Below are positions 29,223 to 40,883 of a DNA stretch of 64,000 nt, piece after piece. This stretch comes from Vulcanimicrobiota bacterium (GTDB taxonomy: Bacteria > Vulcanimicrobiota > Vulcanimicrobiia > Vulcanimicrobiales > Vulcanimicrobiaceae). The notes beneath the pieces were generated by a model. The model was not told where the DNA came from and ran no database searches. It was given only the letters and a program-made list of their open reading frames with translations. Position 1 is the first letter of the stretch; every line of letters begins with the position of its first letter. The DNA is taken from contig CAWAXX010000025.1 in the NCBI GenBank assembly GCA_963786105.1, positions 1 through 64,000 on the forward strand, given 5' to 3'. Made by a program: the position numbers and the translations under genes.

Positions 29223-31892
29223 ATGACGTCACACGTCGCCGCCGCCAAATACGTATTCTTCTTCGACGAAGGCAACGCTTCGATGGTCGACCTGCTCGGC
29301 GGAAAAGGCGCCGGCTTGGCCGAGATGACCGCGGCGGGCCTGCCGGTCCCGTCGGGTTTCGTCATCAGTACGGATGCGTGTTTAGCCTTTTACGAAGACG
29401 GGCGCGTTTTCCCAGCGGGCTTAGCCGAACAAGTCGACGTAGCGATGAGTGAGTTGGAACGGCGAACCGGCAAGGGTTTCGGCTCGCTCGACAATCCGCT
29501 GCTGGTATCGGTCCGCAGCGGTGCGCGCGTATCCATGCCTGGGATGATGGATACGATCCTGAATCTCGGACTCAACGATCGCACTGTCGAGACGCTGGCA
29601 TCATTGACCGACAATCCGCGGTTTGCCTGGGATGCGTACCGGCGGTTCATCTCGATGTTTTCCCACGTCGTTCTGGACGTCGACAGGGAGAACTTCGACG
29701 AGCTCCTCGACGACCTCAAGCGGTCGCTCGGAGTAGAAAACGACCCGCAAGTAGATGCGGAGTCTTGGAAGAACCTGGTGGCCGAATTCAAGCGCATCGT
29801 GCGCGAGCGAACGGGACGCGACTTTCCGCAAGACGTCCGCGAGCAGCTGAAGCTCGCGGTCGCCGCCGTCTTCGATTCGTGGAACTGCAAGCGCGCAATC
29901 GACTATCGCCGGTTTAACAAGATTCCGGACGACTGGGGTACCGCCGTGACGATCATGGAAATGGTCTTCGGCAATTTGAGCGACGACTCGGGGACGGGCG
30001 TCGCCTTTACGCGCGATCCGAATACCGGCGAACGCATGCTTTTCGGTGAGTACCTGCGCAACGCGCAAGGCGAAGACGTGGTCGCCGGAATTCGGACGCC
30101 CGAAAAGATCGCCGATTTAAAGAACACCCAGCCGGCCGTCTTCGCGCAGTTCCAAGAAATCGCCGGGCGGCTCGAGCGCCACTATCGCGACATGCAGGAT
30201 CTCGAGTTCACTGTCGAGCGCGGGAAGCTTTTCATGTTGCAAACGCGCAGCGGGAAGCGCAGTGCCGAGGCGGCGGTGAAGATTGCCCTCGATCTGGCCG
30301 ACGAAGGGTTGATCGACAAGCGTCGCGCCGTCGCAACGGTCAACGCCCAATCGCTCGACCAGCTTTTTCACGCGCGCATCGATCCGAACGAACGGATCGA
30401 CGTCGCCGGCAAGGGACTCAATGCGTCGCCGGGCGCGGCATCCGGCCAGGTGGTCTTCAGCGCCGACGACGCGGTAGCGTGGAAGAAGGACGGGAAGAAG
30501 ACGATACTGGTTCGCGTGGAGACGACACCCGACGACGTGCACGGCATGATCGCCGCCGAGGGAGTCTTGACCGCCAAGGGCGGCGCGACGTCGCATGCCG
30601 CAGTGGTCGCTCGCGGCATGGGAAAGCCGTGCGTGGCAGGATGCGATGCGCTGGTCATCGACCGCCGGACGAAAACTGCAACCTTCGCCGGTAAGCCGTT
30701 ACGCGAGGGCGACTGGATTACGCTCGACGGTACGACCGGAAAGGTCGCGTTCGGTGCGCTGACGTTGATCCCGGCGCCGACGACGTTGCCGCCGTGGCTG
30801 GCGACGTTTCTTTCGTGGGCCGACGACCTGCGCGTGATGGAAGTATGGGCCAATGCCGACACGCCGGAAGACGCTGCCCGCGCGCGTCAGCTCGGCGCAC
30901 AAGGCATCGGATTGTGTCGTACCGAGCACATGTTCATGCAGCAGGACCGGCTGCCCATCGTGCAGCGGATGATCCTCGCGAACGACCGTCAAGCACGCGA
31001 CGAGGCACTAGCGAAACTCTTACCGTTCCAGCGCGAAGACTTTGCGGGAATTCTCCAGGCGATGCAAGGGTATCCGGTGACGATCCGGCTGCTCGATCCG
31101 CCTTTGCACGAGTTCTTGCCGTCGCTCGAGGAACTGTTGGTCGAAGTGACGGAGCTGCGGATTACCCGGGGCAGCGACTCACCCGATTTCAAGATCAAAG
31201 ATGCGGTTCTCCACCGCGTTCTCCAGCTGCACGAGCAGAATCCGATGCTCGGATTGCGCGTCTGCCGGCTTGGCATCGTGTATCCGGAGATCTACGCCAT
31301 GCAGGTGCGCGCCATATTCGAGGCGGCGTGCGACTTGAAACGGCGCGGAGTCGACGCGCGTCCAGAGGTAATGATTCCCGGCGTCGGCACGACGGAGGAG
31401 ATGCAGTCGACGCGCGAATCGGCCAAGGCGGTCGCCGACCAGGTGCTCGCCGAGCGCGGCGTCAAGATCGACTATCACATCGGCACGATGATCGAGCTGC
31501 CGCGAGCCTGTATCGTGGCCGACGACCTCGCCCGCTTTGCCGATTTCTTTTCCTTCGGAACCAACGACCTGACTCAAACGACTTACGGATACAGCCGCGA
31601 CGATGCCGAAGCCTCGTTCATTCCAGTGTATCTCGAAAAGCGCATCCTCAAGACCGATCCTTTTCAGGTGCTCGACCGTCGCGGCGTGGGCACTCTGATG
31701 CGCGACGCGGTGCGACGTGGGCGTTCGGTGCGGGTGGACTTGAAGATCGGCATTTGCGGCGAGCACGGCGGCGAGCCGAGCAGCGTAGCTTTTTGCAATA
31801 AGCTCGGCCTCGACTACGTGTCGTGCTCTCCGTACCGCGTTCCGATTGCGCGTCTTGCTGCCGCCCAAGCAGCAATCGGCGCGATTGAGTAA
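29223..31892 (+). CDS. ppdK: Pyruvate phosphate dikinase
   Basis: LLGGKGAGL, SVRSGARVSMPGMMDT, GGATSHAAVVARG, GICGEHGG. Confidence 0.98.
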   Translation: MTSHVAAAKYVFFFDEGNASMVDLLGGKGAGLAEMTAAGLPVPSGFVISTDACLAFYEDGRVFPAGLAEQVDVAMSELERRTGKGFGSLDNPLLVSVRSGARVSMPGMMDTILNLGLNDRTVETLASLTDNPRFAWDAYRRFISMFSHVVLDVDRENFDELLDDLKRSLGVENDPQVDAESWKNLVAEFKRIVRERTGRDFPQDVREQLKLAVAAVFDSWNCKRAIDYRRFNKIPDDWGTAVTIMEMVFGNLSDDSGTGVAFTRDPNTGERMLFGEYLRNAQGEDVVAGIRTPEKIADLKNTQPAVFAQFQEIAGRLERHYRDMQDLEFTVERGKLFMLQTRSGKRSAEAAVKIALDLADEGLIDKRRAVATVNAQSLDQLFHARIDPNERIDVAGKGLNASPGAASGQVVFSADDAVAWKKDGKKTILVRVETTPDDVHGMIAAEGVLTAKGGATSHAAVVARGMGKPCVAGCDALVIDRRTKTATFAGKPLREGDWITLDGTTGKVAFGALTLIPAPTTLPPWLATFLSWADDLRVMEVWANADTPEDAARARQLGAQGIGLCRTEHMFMQQDRLPIVQRMILANDRQARDEALAKLLPFQREDFAGILQAMQGYPVTIRLLDPPLHEFLPSLEELLVEVTELRITRGSDSPDFKIKDAVLHRVLQLHEQNPMLGLRVCRLGIVYPEIYAMQVRAIFEAACDLKRRGVDARPEVMIPGVGTTEEMQSTRESAKAVADQVLAERGVKIDYHIGTMIELPRACIVADDLARFADFFSFGTNDLTQTTYGYSRDDAEASFIPVYLEKRILKTDPFQVLDRRGVGTLMRDAVRRGRSVRVDLKIGICGEHGGEPSSVAFCNKLGLDYVSCSPYRVPIARLAAAQAAIGAIE

Positions 31893-31946
31893 CCGCTAGC
31901 AAACTTCAACCTTCGCCTCCTCGATCTGGAATAAATCCACGGTTAC

Positions 31947-33152
31947 TCAGCTCAGCGCTACGATTTCGGAGCAGATACGGCGCGCTTCGAGCACGTCGAC
32001 CGCATCGCGGCGCACGAACAGCTTGCGCCAATACGCCTTGCCCGTGAGCTTGGCGATGAGGTCGGAGACCTCACGCGCGTCGACGAGCTGGTTGCCGTTT
32101 CCCACCCAGACGGTATGCGAGCGATCGACGCCGAGCGGGAGACGGTGCAGCACCTGAGTTTGTTCGTCGGCCCAGACGTTGCGTTCGCCGAACCGGTCGG
32201 CGAGCGCCCGTTCGCAGGCTTCGTATTTTCGCAAGTCCCGCTCGGCGTTGAACTCCGCGGCGACGCCGTAAACGACGATTCGCTCGCGCAGCGCCCGGGC
32301 GGCTTCGCTCTCCTTGTCGGCGAGTTCGTTGAGGACGCGGAAATCGTCCCACCGGACGAACTCTTCAATCGGGTCGAGCGCTCGGGGATTCGGCCACAAC
32401 TCGCGCAAAACGTCTTGCAGCACACGTTCGAAGATTCTGGTCGTGTGATGAAAGTATACCGATGCAAACATCATGTAGCGCGCCATGACGAAGGATTCGA
32501 GCGCCACTACGCCGCGCGCGTCGATACCCATTACGACCTGGCCGTCGCGCTCGAAGAGACGCAAGGAAGCGACGAGCTGTTCGGCATCGTATCGCCCGGT
32601 CGCGACGCCGGTGAAATAGGCGTCGCGCTGGAGGTAGTCCATGCGGTCGGCATCGAGATTCGGTCCGCTCACCAGTTCGCGGAGAGCCGGATACGGGCTC
32701 GCGGGGTCGCCGACGATCAGGGCGAGCACGTCGTCGGGGTTCACATCGAGCGCAGCCAATCCCGAGTGCATCTCGGGCAAACGCAATAGTTCGCCGGTAC
32801 GCGCTTCGTGCCGGACTCCGAGCACGGCTTCGCAGGCGTGACTGAACGGTCCGTGTCCGACGTCGTGTACCAGCAGCGCCGCGCGCACGAGCCGCCGCTG
32901 GTAGTCGACATCGGCAGAATCGGCAAAGTATTCCGGGCCCGAACGGACGAGTTCGTCGAACGCCCGCGCTCCCATCGCCAGCGCACCGAGCGCGTGGCTG
33001 AATCGCGAGTGCTCGGCGGCCGGGAACGCGAGATAGGCGAGGCCGAGTTGGCGCAAACGGCGCAACCGTTGCATGACGGGCAGATCCAACAAGCGCGCCT
33101 CGGCGAGCGATAGCCCGATGAAGTGGTGGATCGGGTCGAAGATTCGCTTCAC
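31947..33152 (-). CDS. HD-domain phosphohydrolase (SAMHD1/YwfO-like)
   Basis: GTG at 33152: KRIFDPIH, QRLRRLRQLG, HSRFSH, HDVGHGPFSH, DADRMDYL. Confidence 0.92.
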   Translation of the reverse strand: MKRIFDPIHHFIGLSLAEARLLDLPVMQRLRRLRQLGLAYLAFPAAEHSRFSHALGALAMGARAFDELVRSGPEYFADSADVDYQRRLVRAALLVHDVGHGPFSHACEAVLGVRHEARTGELLRLPEMHSGLAALDVNPDDVLALIVGDPASPYPALRELVSGPNLDADRMDYLQRDAYFTGVATGRYDAEQLVASLRLFERDGQVVMGIDARGVVALESFVMARYMMFASVYFHHTTRIFERVLQDVLRELWPNPRALDPIEEFVRWDDFRVLNELADKESEAARALRERIVVYGVAAEFNAERDLRKYEACERALADRFGERNVWADEQTQVLHRLPLGVDRSHTVWVGNGNQLVDAREVSDLIAKLTGKAYWRKLFVRRDAVDVLEARRICSEIVALS

Positions 33153-33239
33153 CGCCGAGCGTTTTCCGCCATCGGCCGGTCGCTCCTCGCGAGAAGTCCG
33201 CCTCCGGCACGGAAATGCGCACGGGCGTAGAAACGTGAC

Positions 33240-35033
33240 GTGGTGAGATTCGATCGGGGAGTCATCGCGGAAATTCACGCCCGCGTCGACATTGCGAGCC
33301 TCATCGGGCAGTACGTGCAGCTCAAGAAGCGCGGTAACGACTTGGTCGGGTTGTGCCCGTTTCACGGCGAGAAGACGCCCTCGTTTCACGTGCACCCCGA
33401 TCGCGGGTTCTTCAAGTGTTTCGGCTGCGGTATCGGCGGCGACGTGATCGCGTTCGTGCAGAAGATGGAAAACGTCCCATTTTCCGACGCGGTTCGCTTG
33501 CTCGGAAGCAAAGCCGGGATCCAGCTCGAACCGGAGAATCCGTTCGCCGCACGCGCGCGCACCGAGCGCGAAGCGATCTACGAAGCCAATCGCATTGCCG
33601 CGGCGTATTTTGCACGCATGCTCGAGACGAACGCCGGGCGTCGTGCGCGGGCGTATTGCGACGAGCGCGGCATTTCGAAGAGCACGCTCGAGAAGTTCAC
33701 GCTTGGATACGCCCCCGATTCGTGGAACGGATTGGTCGAAGAGTTGGAGCGCGAGCGTGTCGGCCTGTCGTCGGCTGCCGCCGCCGGCCTGGTGAAAAGC
33801 GGTCAGCGCGGCTATTACGATTTTTACCGCGATCGCCTCATGATCCCGACCTACTCCACCACCGGAGAGGTCATCGCCTTCGGCGGTCGAGCGCTCGGCG
33901 ACGCCGAGCCGAAATACCTCAACACGACGACGACGCCGGTGTACACCAAGGGCCATCACCTCTTCGCCCTCAACGTCGCGCGCCGGGCGGCGCAAGCGGA
34001 TCGTACGGTCATCGTCGTCGAGGGCTACCTGGACTGCATCGCGCTGCACCAGGCCGGATTCGCAAATGCGGTGGCCGCTCTGGGCACCGCGTTTACGTAA
34101 GAACAGGCGGCCGAGCTACGCAAGTATGCCGAGTACGTGTATTTGTGCTTCGACGGGGATACCGCCGGAAACGCCGCCGCAACCAAAGCCGTCGATATTG
34201 CGTCTAAGACCATCGAGCACGCCACTTCCTCGGTGCGCGTCGTCACGCTTCCCTCTGGAGACGATCCCGATAGTTTCATTCGCAAGCACGGCGCGGCCGC
34301 ATTTGGGACGTTGCTCGATCGGGCCAAGCCCGCGATCGAGTTCCGGATCGATGGCGAAATCGAGCGGCTGCGCGCCGGCTTCGACTCACCCGCAAAGATC
34401 GTACCAAAGGCCGAGGCACTGATACGCGAAATGACGCCGCGAGAGGAATGGGACCGGTGGCGCGTTTACGTTGCGGGGCGCCTGCAGGTGAGCGTTGACG
34501 ACCTTCGGAATAGCCGGTTCCTCGCAAACAGCGCGAACTTCGCGCCGCGTGCGGGGGGCGGTTTCTCCGGAAGCCGGCACGTGCGGGCGTCGGTCGAACC
34601 CCTCTCGTTCGAACGTGAGGTGCTCGGCATTCTGCTCGAAGAACCGTCACTGGTCTTGGAGTACGCCGACCGGATCGGCCCAGAGCGCTTTCGCAACGAC
34701 GCGTACCGGCGAATCTACGAGCGCATCACCGGCGCCGGCGGAACCCTCGCGACCACGACCGACGTCTTTGGATTGTTCGCCGAGGACCAAGCTAGCTTGG
34801 ACGCGCTGGCGGCGCTGGGGGCGCGCGACCGCAGTTCGACGGTGCGCTACGGCGGCTCCGACGAACGGCGTGCGCACTTGGAGCGGGTGGTGGAACGGCT
34901 GCACCTCGACGACGTGCGGCATCGTTATCGGGAGCTGTCGCGCCTGATCGACGAACACCTAACCGCCGGTCGCCCGGTTTCGCCGGAACTGCGCGACGAG
35001 TTCGAATTATTGGTAGCAAAGCTCAAACGATAA
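33240..35033 (+). CDS. dnaG: DNA primase, split by one in-frame TAA at 34098-34100
   Basis: CPFH...CFGC Zn finger, PKYLN, VEGYLD, CFDGD; both halves are in the same frame. Confidence 0.95.
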
Positions 35034-35060
35034 GGGACGGAAGTACGTAGATTGGAAAGT

Positions 35061-36272
35061 ATGACTAGCGACTCAAAGCGAAAGGAGGTGAAACAGAAGA
35101 TGGCTCGCAAAAAAGGCGCCGCCGCCGTGGCGGAAGCTCCCCCGGTTGCTGCAACCCTGGACGAGCTCAAGAAGAAACTGCTGACTCGAGGCAAGAGCCA
35201 GGGGTCGCTCACCTATGAAGAAATCAACTCGGCGTTCGACGCGCTGGAAGAGGTAACGCCCGAGCAGCTCGACGAGTTTTTCGAAGAAATTACGGCCGCT
35301 GGTATCGAGATCGTCGACGACCAAAAAGAAGAAAAGGCTGAGGCCGAAGGCGAGGAAGAGGCCGAGGCGCCGATTCCCGACGGGCTCTCGCTCGACGATC
35401 CGGTGCGCATGTATCTCAAAGAGATCGGGCGCGTGCCGCTGCTGTCGATGGAGCAAGAGAAGTCGTTGGCGATGCGGATCGAGGCCGGCGAGATGGAATC
35501 GAGGCGAAACGGCATCGCCGATTGGTCGATAGTCGACTCCGGCGAAGAAGCGAAGCGTCAGCTCACCGAAGCGAACCTGCGCCTCGTCGTTTCGATTGCG
35601 AAGAAGTACGTCGGCCGCGGAATGCTGTTCCTCGATCTCATCCAGGAGGGCAATCTGGGGCTGATCCGTGCGGTCGAAAAGTTCGACTACCGCAAGGGCT
35701 ACAAGTTCTCAACGTACGCGACGTGGTGGATCCGGCAGGCTATCACGCGCGCGCTCGCCGACCAGGCGCGGACCATCCGCATTCCGGTGCACATGGTCGA
35801 GACGATCAACCGACTGATCAAGGTCTCGCGCCAGTTGCTGCAAGAGCTCGGTCGCGAACCTTCGGTCGAAGAGATCGCCGAAGCGATGGGGCTTACGCCC
35901 GAAAAAGTCCGCGAAGTCATGAAGATCTCTCAGGAGCCGATTTCGCTCGAGACGCCGATCGGCGAAGAGGAAGACTCGCACCTCGGCGATTTCATCGAGG
36001 ATCAAGAGGCCGTCGCTCCGGCCGAAGCGGCGTCGGTGATGCTCCTCAAAGAGAAGATGCAGGACGTGCTGCAAAATCTCACGGAGCGGGAGCGCAAGGT
36101 GCTGGTTCTGCGCTTCGGATTGGAAGACGGCCACCAGCGAACGCTGGAAGAAGTCGGTCAGGAGTTCGGCGTGACGCGCGAACGAATCCGCCAAATCGAG
36201 GCCAAGGCGCTGCGCAAGCTCCGCCACCCCTCACGCGGCAAGGCGCTCAAGGACTACTGGAGCAACGAGTAG
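35061..36272 (+). CDS. rpoD: Primary sigma-70 factor (start uncertain, 35052-35100)
   Basis: [48 protein letters not shown]. Confidence 0.97.
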   Translation: MTSDSKRKEVKQKMARKKGAAAVAEAPPVAATLDELKKKLLTRGKSQGSLTYEEINSAFDALEEVTPEQLDEFFEEITAAGIEIVDDQKEEKAEAEGEEEAEAPIPDGLSLDDPVRMYLKEIGRVPLLSMEQEKSLAMRIEAGEMESRRNGIADWSIVDSGEEAKRQLTEANLRLVVSIAKKYVGRGMLFLDLIQEGNLGLIRAVEKFDYRKGYKFSTYATWWIRQAITRALADQARTIRIPVHMVETINRLIKVSRQLLQELGREPSVEEIAEAMGLTPEKVREVMKISQEPISLETPIGEEEDSHLGDFIEDQEAVAPAEAASVMLLKEKMQDVLQNLTERERKVLVLRFGLEDGHQRTLEEVGQEFGVTRERIRQIEAKALRKLRHPSRGKALKDYWSNE

Positions 36273-36324
36273 CCGCGCTCGTAGCCGCGCCGGTAACACT
36301 CCCGCTTGCTCGGACGTTAAACCA

Positions 36325-36992
36325 ATGATGCTCCTCGCCGTTCTCGTCGCCGCCGCCATCGCGACGCCTAGTGCTTCACCCGCTCCCTCGGCGTTCGCCG
36401 CGGGAGCTCAAAACGATCATCACCGTTGTCTCCTCGCCTTACTGCAACGCGCTGGCGCAACACTTCAACGGCGCCCTAGTGCCGATGCTGGCAAACGACC
36501 GAGTCCTCGGAACGGTCAACGTGCAGCTCGGCGAGATGAACGACATGTTTAAATACTCCCGACTACGCCAATCGCTTTCTCGATTTGCGCACGAGGATCC
36601 TTAAGGAATCGGATACACTCGTTCGCTCGCTCTATCCGATCCGGCAGCAGATCGATCAGCTTCGCGAGGCGGCCACACTCTCCAACGATCCGGCTGCCCA
36701 AGGCGAGATGCGCGATGCAGCCGCGCAGCTCCAAGACGCGTACCTGCATCAGTTTCAGCTCGCGACCGACCTGACGGGCGTCGCCCATGCGATGATGCAG
36801 TACGATATTCAGGCAGGGACCCATCCGTTGAACGGGTGGACGCTGCAAGAGCAAGAGATGCCTGCCGACGAGAAGAACATCAAGGTGTACTTAAAGTTCG
36901 ACAAGCAACGCACGAGCATCGATAGCGCCGAAAGCAACGCCGTCGACATCGCCTATTCAATCGCCGAGAAGCGTTGCACGAAAGCGCCCTAA
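36325..36992 (+). CDS. Secreted hypothetical protein (frameshifted)
   Basis: Signal-like start; continues through ORFs 36371 and 36585. Confidence 0.6.
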
Positions 36993-36993
36993 T

Positions 36994-37641
36994 TCACATA
37001 TCGTCTTTTTCGGCGTTAGCGCTGGGAACGACCAGCGGATTCTTCATCGCGAAAGCGCCGTTCGGATTGGTCTTCACCCAGACGATCAAATCCCAAATCG
37101 ACGGGAAGAGAAAGACCTTCTTGACCTCGTCCACATTCTTGGCGACGCCCATCTTGACGAGGGTGGCCGCTTGCGGGTCGTCGACGTTACCGCCGGCGGC
37201 GGCAAACTTCTTCGCGCTCGTCCCGCCGTACGTCTCGGTTCCGTTCGGCCCTGCCAAAATGTAGTGCACGTGCTCGCGGAACGAAATCCAGCGATGGTAG
37301 TCGACGCCCCACATTGATGGCGGCGCCGGCGAACTGCTCTGCCGCACCGAAAAATCAGCGCCTAGCAGGTTGCCGTGGACGTCGTACCAGAGTTGGCTGG
37401 GCTCCTGCGGATTGGCGCTCTGCCAGTGGAGGTTGGCGTAACTAATGGCGCCGGTGGAGTCCTCGTTTCCGTAGCGGAAATATCCGGCCCGCTCGGCGTC
37501 CTGCGCCGTCGGAAATCGCGCGTTCAGGTCTTTTTGTATGGACTGGACGAATGCGGCCTCGCTCGCCGAGGGAAAAGGTGAGAGCGTTGCCTTTGGAGCC
37601 GGCGTGGCCGCGGATGCGGTGACGGCGGTGCACGCCAGCAT
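36994..37641 (-). CDS. Secreted hypothetical protein (start may lie slightly upstream)
   Basis: 215 aa ORF, host-like codon style. Confidence 0.7.
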   Translation of the reverse strand: MLACTAVTASAATPAPKATLSPFPSASEAAFVQSIQKDLNARFPTAQDAERAGYFRYGNEDSTGAISYANLHWQSANPQEPSQLWYDVHGNLLGADFSVRQSSSPAPPSMWGVDYHRWISFREHVHYILAGPNGTETYGGTSAKKFAAAGGNVDDPQAATLVKMGVAKNVDEVKKVFLFPSIWDLIVWVKTNPNGAFAMKNPLVVPSANAEKDDM

Positions 37642-37689
37642 CGCGAGTACGGCTAGAGGTTCGAATTATCACGCGCGTACGATCCTTTT

Positions 37690-38490
37690 CTAAGCGCCGG
37701 AGGGCGAAGGGGTCGGCGTCGGTAGTTCCGGCGTCGGCCAGGGGGTCGGCGTTGGTGTCGGACTCGGCGCCGGCGTTTTCCTGCTCTTCGTGCCGCCGGC
37801 CGGACCGAACGGCGTTGCCAAGGGTTCGACTGGGAACGTCGATTTCGGCATTTGCAGACTTCGCGCCGGCGGATGCGGGGTTTCAATCGCGATCGCGCCG
37901 TTGGGCAAGGCCGTCAGCGTGGCTTCGGTGTGTGCGGGAAGCTCGGAGCCCGCTTTGAGCACGAAGTTTTTGCCCGTGCGGAAAATGTGATAAAGAAAGT
38001 GGTAGGGGATGACCTGATCTTCGATCGTGTCTTCCCAGGCCACCGTCGACTCGTGTCCGGCCGAAACGTGCGGTTCCAGCCGCGCGACCGGCGCGCGCAG
38101 CGGCAGCGCCCTCCCGTCGGAGAGTACGAGCGGTTCGAGAAAAATGTCGACGAAGCCGTACACGTCGCCGATGTCGGCCGCTGAGGATGCGACGATGCGA
38201 ATCTTTTCCGGAGTTCCGGCGGGTGCGACGACGCGACCCCCGACGGCGAGCGGATCCTTCAGGTGTGCGGCGATCATCTGCCCGGCGCGCGACGACTTCG
38301 ACGAAATCGCTTCGTCCAGCACCAGAACGAGATTTGAGTCGAACGGGAGCGAGTCGCCCGCGGGCACCGGCGTTGGGCTCGAGGATGCGGTCGGCTCAGG
38401 AGTGGGCGAGATCGGATAAGCCGCAGCCGACCCTGCGCCGACGACGAGGAGCGCTACGAAAGCCGCGCCGGCAACCCGTACCGACGCGCG
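37690..38490 (-). CDS. Exported hypothetical protein with Pro/Thr-rich tail; start uncertain
   Basis: Hydrophobic leader, LDEAISSKSSRAGQ, PTPTP tail. Confidence 0.6.
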   Translation of the reverse strand, partial: RASVRVAGAAFVALLVVGAGSAAAYPISPTPEPTASSSPTPVPAGDSLPFDSNLVLVLDEAISSKSSRAGQMIAAHLKDPLAVGGRVVAPAGTPEKIRIVASSAADIGDVYGFVDIFLEPLVLSDGRALPLRAPVARLEPHVSAGHESTVAWEDTIEDQVIPYHFLYHIFRTGKNFVLKAGSELPAHTEATLTALPNGAIAIETPHPPARSLQMPKSTFPVEPLATPFGPAGGTKSRKTPAPSPTPTPTPWPTPELPTPTPSPSGA

Positions 38491-38500
38491 GCGGTCGTTT

Positions 38501-38836
38501 CTAGCTAGCGCGTTTTTCGCGGGCTGCCGCGGAGGCGCGCTTGCCTTCTTCGATGAGTTCCTTGACTTTTTGGCCACCTTTTTGTCCGATACGTTCGTAG
38601 AAATGCGGCCCGTAGCGATCGCGGGTCGCCTCGCCGCCCTTCTTTCCACCTTTCTTGCCGATTTGCTCGTAAAACTCATGGCCGTGCGCTTCTTTTGTCG
38701 CTAGCCCGCCTTTACGGCCGATCTGCTCGTAGAATTCCGGACCGTACCGCTTCTTGACGGTCTCGCCGCCTTTTTGGCCGGCCTCGCGGACGGACATTCC
38801 GCCTGCACGTTTGGGTTGTTCTGGGGTGCCTGACAT
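38501..38836 (-). CDS. KGG-repeat general stress protein (GsiB-like)
   Basis: Repeated FYEQIGRKGG/KKGG units. Confidence 0.85.
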   Translation of the reverse strand: MSGTPEQPKRAGGMSVREAGQKGGETVKKRYGPEFYEQIGRKGGLATKEAHGHEFYEQIGKKGGKKGGEATRDRYGPHFYERIGQKGGQKVKELIEEGKRASAAAREKRAS

Positions 38837-38934
38837 GTTGTTTATTTCACCTTGTCTTGCTGTGCCGTCTTAGGAGGACGGCGGTCTCTCTCACTATAGT
38901 AGAACGCAAGTTCGGGCTCGAAGGTTTGGTATTG

Positions 38935-40419
38935 ATGAAACGGCTTGCTTTATTCTTTAGCGTCCTAGCGACATTAGTCGTGACTTTGGCCTCTCGCGTC
39001 GCCCGCCGCGCTATCGCCCGAGCCCTACTGTACGTATTCTGACGCTCGAAAGTGAGCGCTCCCTTGGAAACGGAGCGTTAGAGCAATTTTTGAAGTCGCC
39101 CAGCGAGACGGTTGCGGTCCGGGCCGCGCTGGCAATAGGCCGGACGAAGCAAGCCGCAGGCGAGCCGGCGCTGGCCGCGCATCTGCGCGACTCACGCGAC
39201 GCGGTACGGGCGATGAGCGTGTACGCAATCGGATTGCTGGCCACCGGAGGGCGAGCGCAGGCGCTCGTTGCGGCGCTGAACGATCGTTCCGATGCGGTCC
39301 GCGTCGCCGCACTCGACGCGCTCGCGCGCTATCGAGCGGCGCATCGCTTGGCGATTGACGGCGAACCGCGCGCGCAGGCAGCGATCGAGACGGCGCTGGC
39401 ACGCGACCGGTCGCCGATCGTGCGCGCACGCGCGGCCACGGCGCTCGTCGAGTTCAGGGACGGCGCGAGCGCGACCGAAGCCGCCGATGCGTTGTCGATC
39501 GCTTTTACGAGCGACTCCGACGCCGCCGTCCGTTGGCACGCAATGTGGTCGATCTATCGCGGCTTTGCCGTACGCGTCAGCCGACGCCTGGTGACGTCAG
39601 CGTTGAACGACCGCGACGAACTCGTTCGCATCGAGGCGGTGCGCGCGATAAGCCGCTACAAAGACCGGACGTTGGTTGCGGTGGTGCGCCCGTTACTGAG
39701 CGATCCATCGTGGAGAGTGCAGGAACAGGCCGCCGAAACGATTCGCGTGTTGGACGGGAAACCGCTAACCGACCACTGGACGTCGATCCCGTCGTTCGTG
39801 CATCTTCCAAAGACGCAACCCGACCCGTTCGCATCGTTGCCCGCGTTGCGAAACGACCGCCCCGCGAAAACCTTCGGCGCCGCAGCCCGGCCAAGCCATT
39901 TTCAGCCCGCTGCTCGACCCGTCGACCGCGGCCGGCATGACGTCTCCGGCTCGCGGCCTCCACCCGCGCGTGCGCATCGTCACGACCAAGGGCAATATCT
40001 ACGTCGCGCTCTATCCGGAATGGGCGCCGTTGACGGTCGCCAACTTCTTGAATCTCGCCGCCGGCGGTTACTACAGCAACAATCGCTGGTTTCGCATCGT
40101 GCCCGATTTCGTGGTGCAGACCGGCGATCCGCACGACAACGGCAACGGCGACGCCGGTTACACGATCGGCGCCGAAGAGAATCCCCTCGAGCAACGCAGC
40201 TATGTGATCTCGATGGGGCTGAACTACGACGATAAGACGCAAACGCCCATTCGCGATTCGGCTGGAACGCAGTACTACATCACGCTTTCGCCGCAACTGC
40301 ATCTGGACCGGGATTTCACCGTCTTCGGGGAGACGATCTCCGGTTTCGACGTGCTCGCGCGGTTGATCGAAAAGGATCGCGTTCTGCGCGTCGAACGCGT
40401 CCCCGACGTGCGGATCTAA
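38935..40419 (+). CDS. HEAT-repeat protein fused to a cyclophilin-type PPIase (frameshifted)
   Basis: HEAT-like repeats, then APLTVANF, FRIVPDFVVQTGDP, QLHLDRDFTVFG. Confidence 0.85.
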
Positions 40420-40428
40420 ACGGCTATC

Positions 40429-40878
40429 TTAGAACGTGCGTTTGGAGTCGAGCAGCAGCGTTACCGGTCCTTGGTTGATCAGTTCGACGTCCATGTCGGC
40501 GCCGAACTCGCCGTACGCGACGGCGATTCCCCGCGCGGCGACGGCCGCGCCGACGCGCTCGAACAGCGGACGCGCTTGCGGTTCTTTGGCGGCGCGAACG
40601 AACGATGGGCGGCGTCCTTTGCGCGTGTCGCCGTGTAACGTGAACTGCGACACCAGCAGAACGCTGCCGGCGGCTTCCGTGACGGAGCGATTCATCAATC
40701 CGGCGTCGTCGCGAAAGATGCGCAAGCCGCAGATCTTCTCGGCCAGCCAATCGGCATCGGAAGCATCGTCATCGATACCGACGCCGACGAAGACGAGCAG
40801 CCCGGTCGCGATCTCTCCCGTCAGACGCCCGGCTACGCGTACGCTCGCGCTCGAAACGCGCTGGACGACCGCTCGCAC
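40429..40878 (-). CDS. dtd: D-aminoacyl-tRNA deacylase
   Basis: RAVVQRV, SQFTL, FGADMDVELINQGPVT. Confidence 0.95.
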   Translation of the reverse strand: MRAVVQRVSSASVRVAGRLTGEIATGLLVFVGVGIDDDASDADWLAEKICGLRIFRDDAGLMNRSVTEAAGSVLLVSQFTLHGDTRKGRRPSFVRAAKEPQARPLFERVGAAVAARGIAVAYGEFGADMDVELINQGPVTLLLDSKRTF

Positions 40879-40883
40879 TTCCG

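Noticed and set aside
33153..34049. N-terminal part of the 700-aa ORF 31947..34049
   Set aside because: It is the antisense shadow of dnaG; the HD protein starts at about 33152.
38501..38836. Internal nucleotide repeats
   Set aside because: Explained by the KGG protein repeats.
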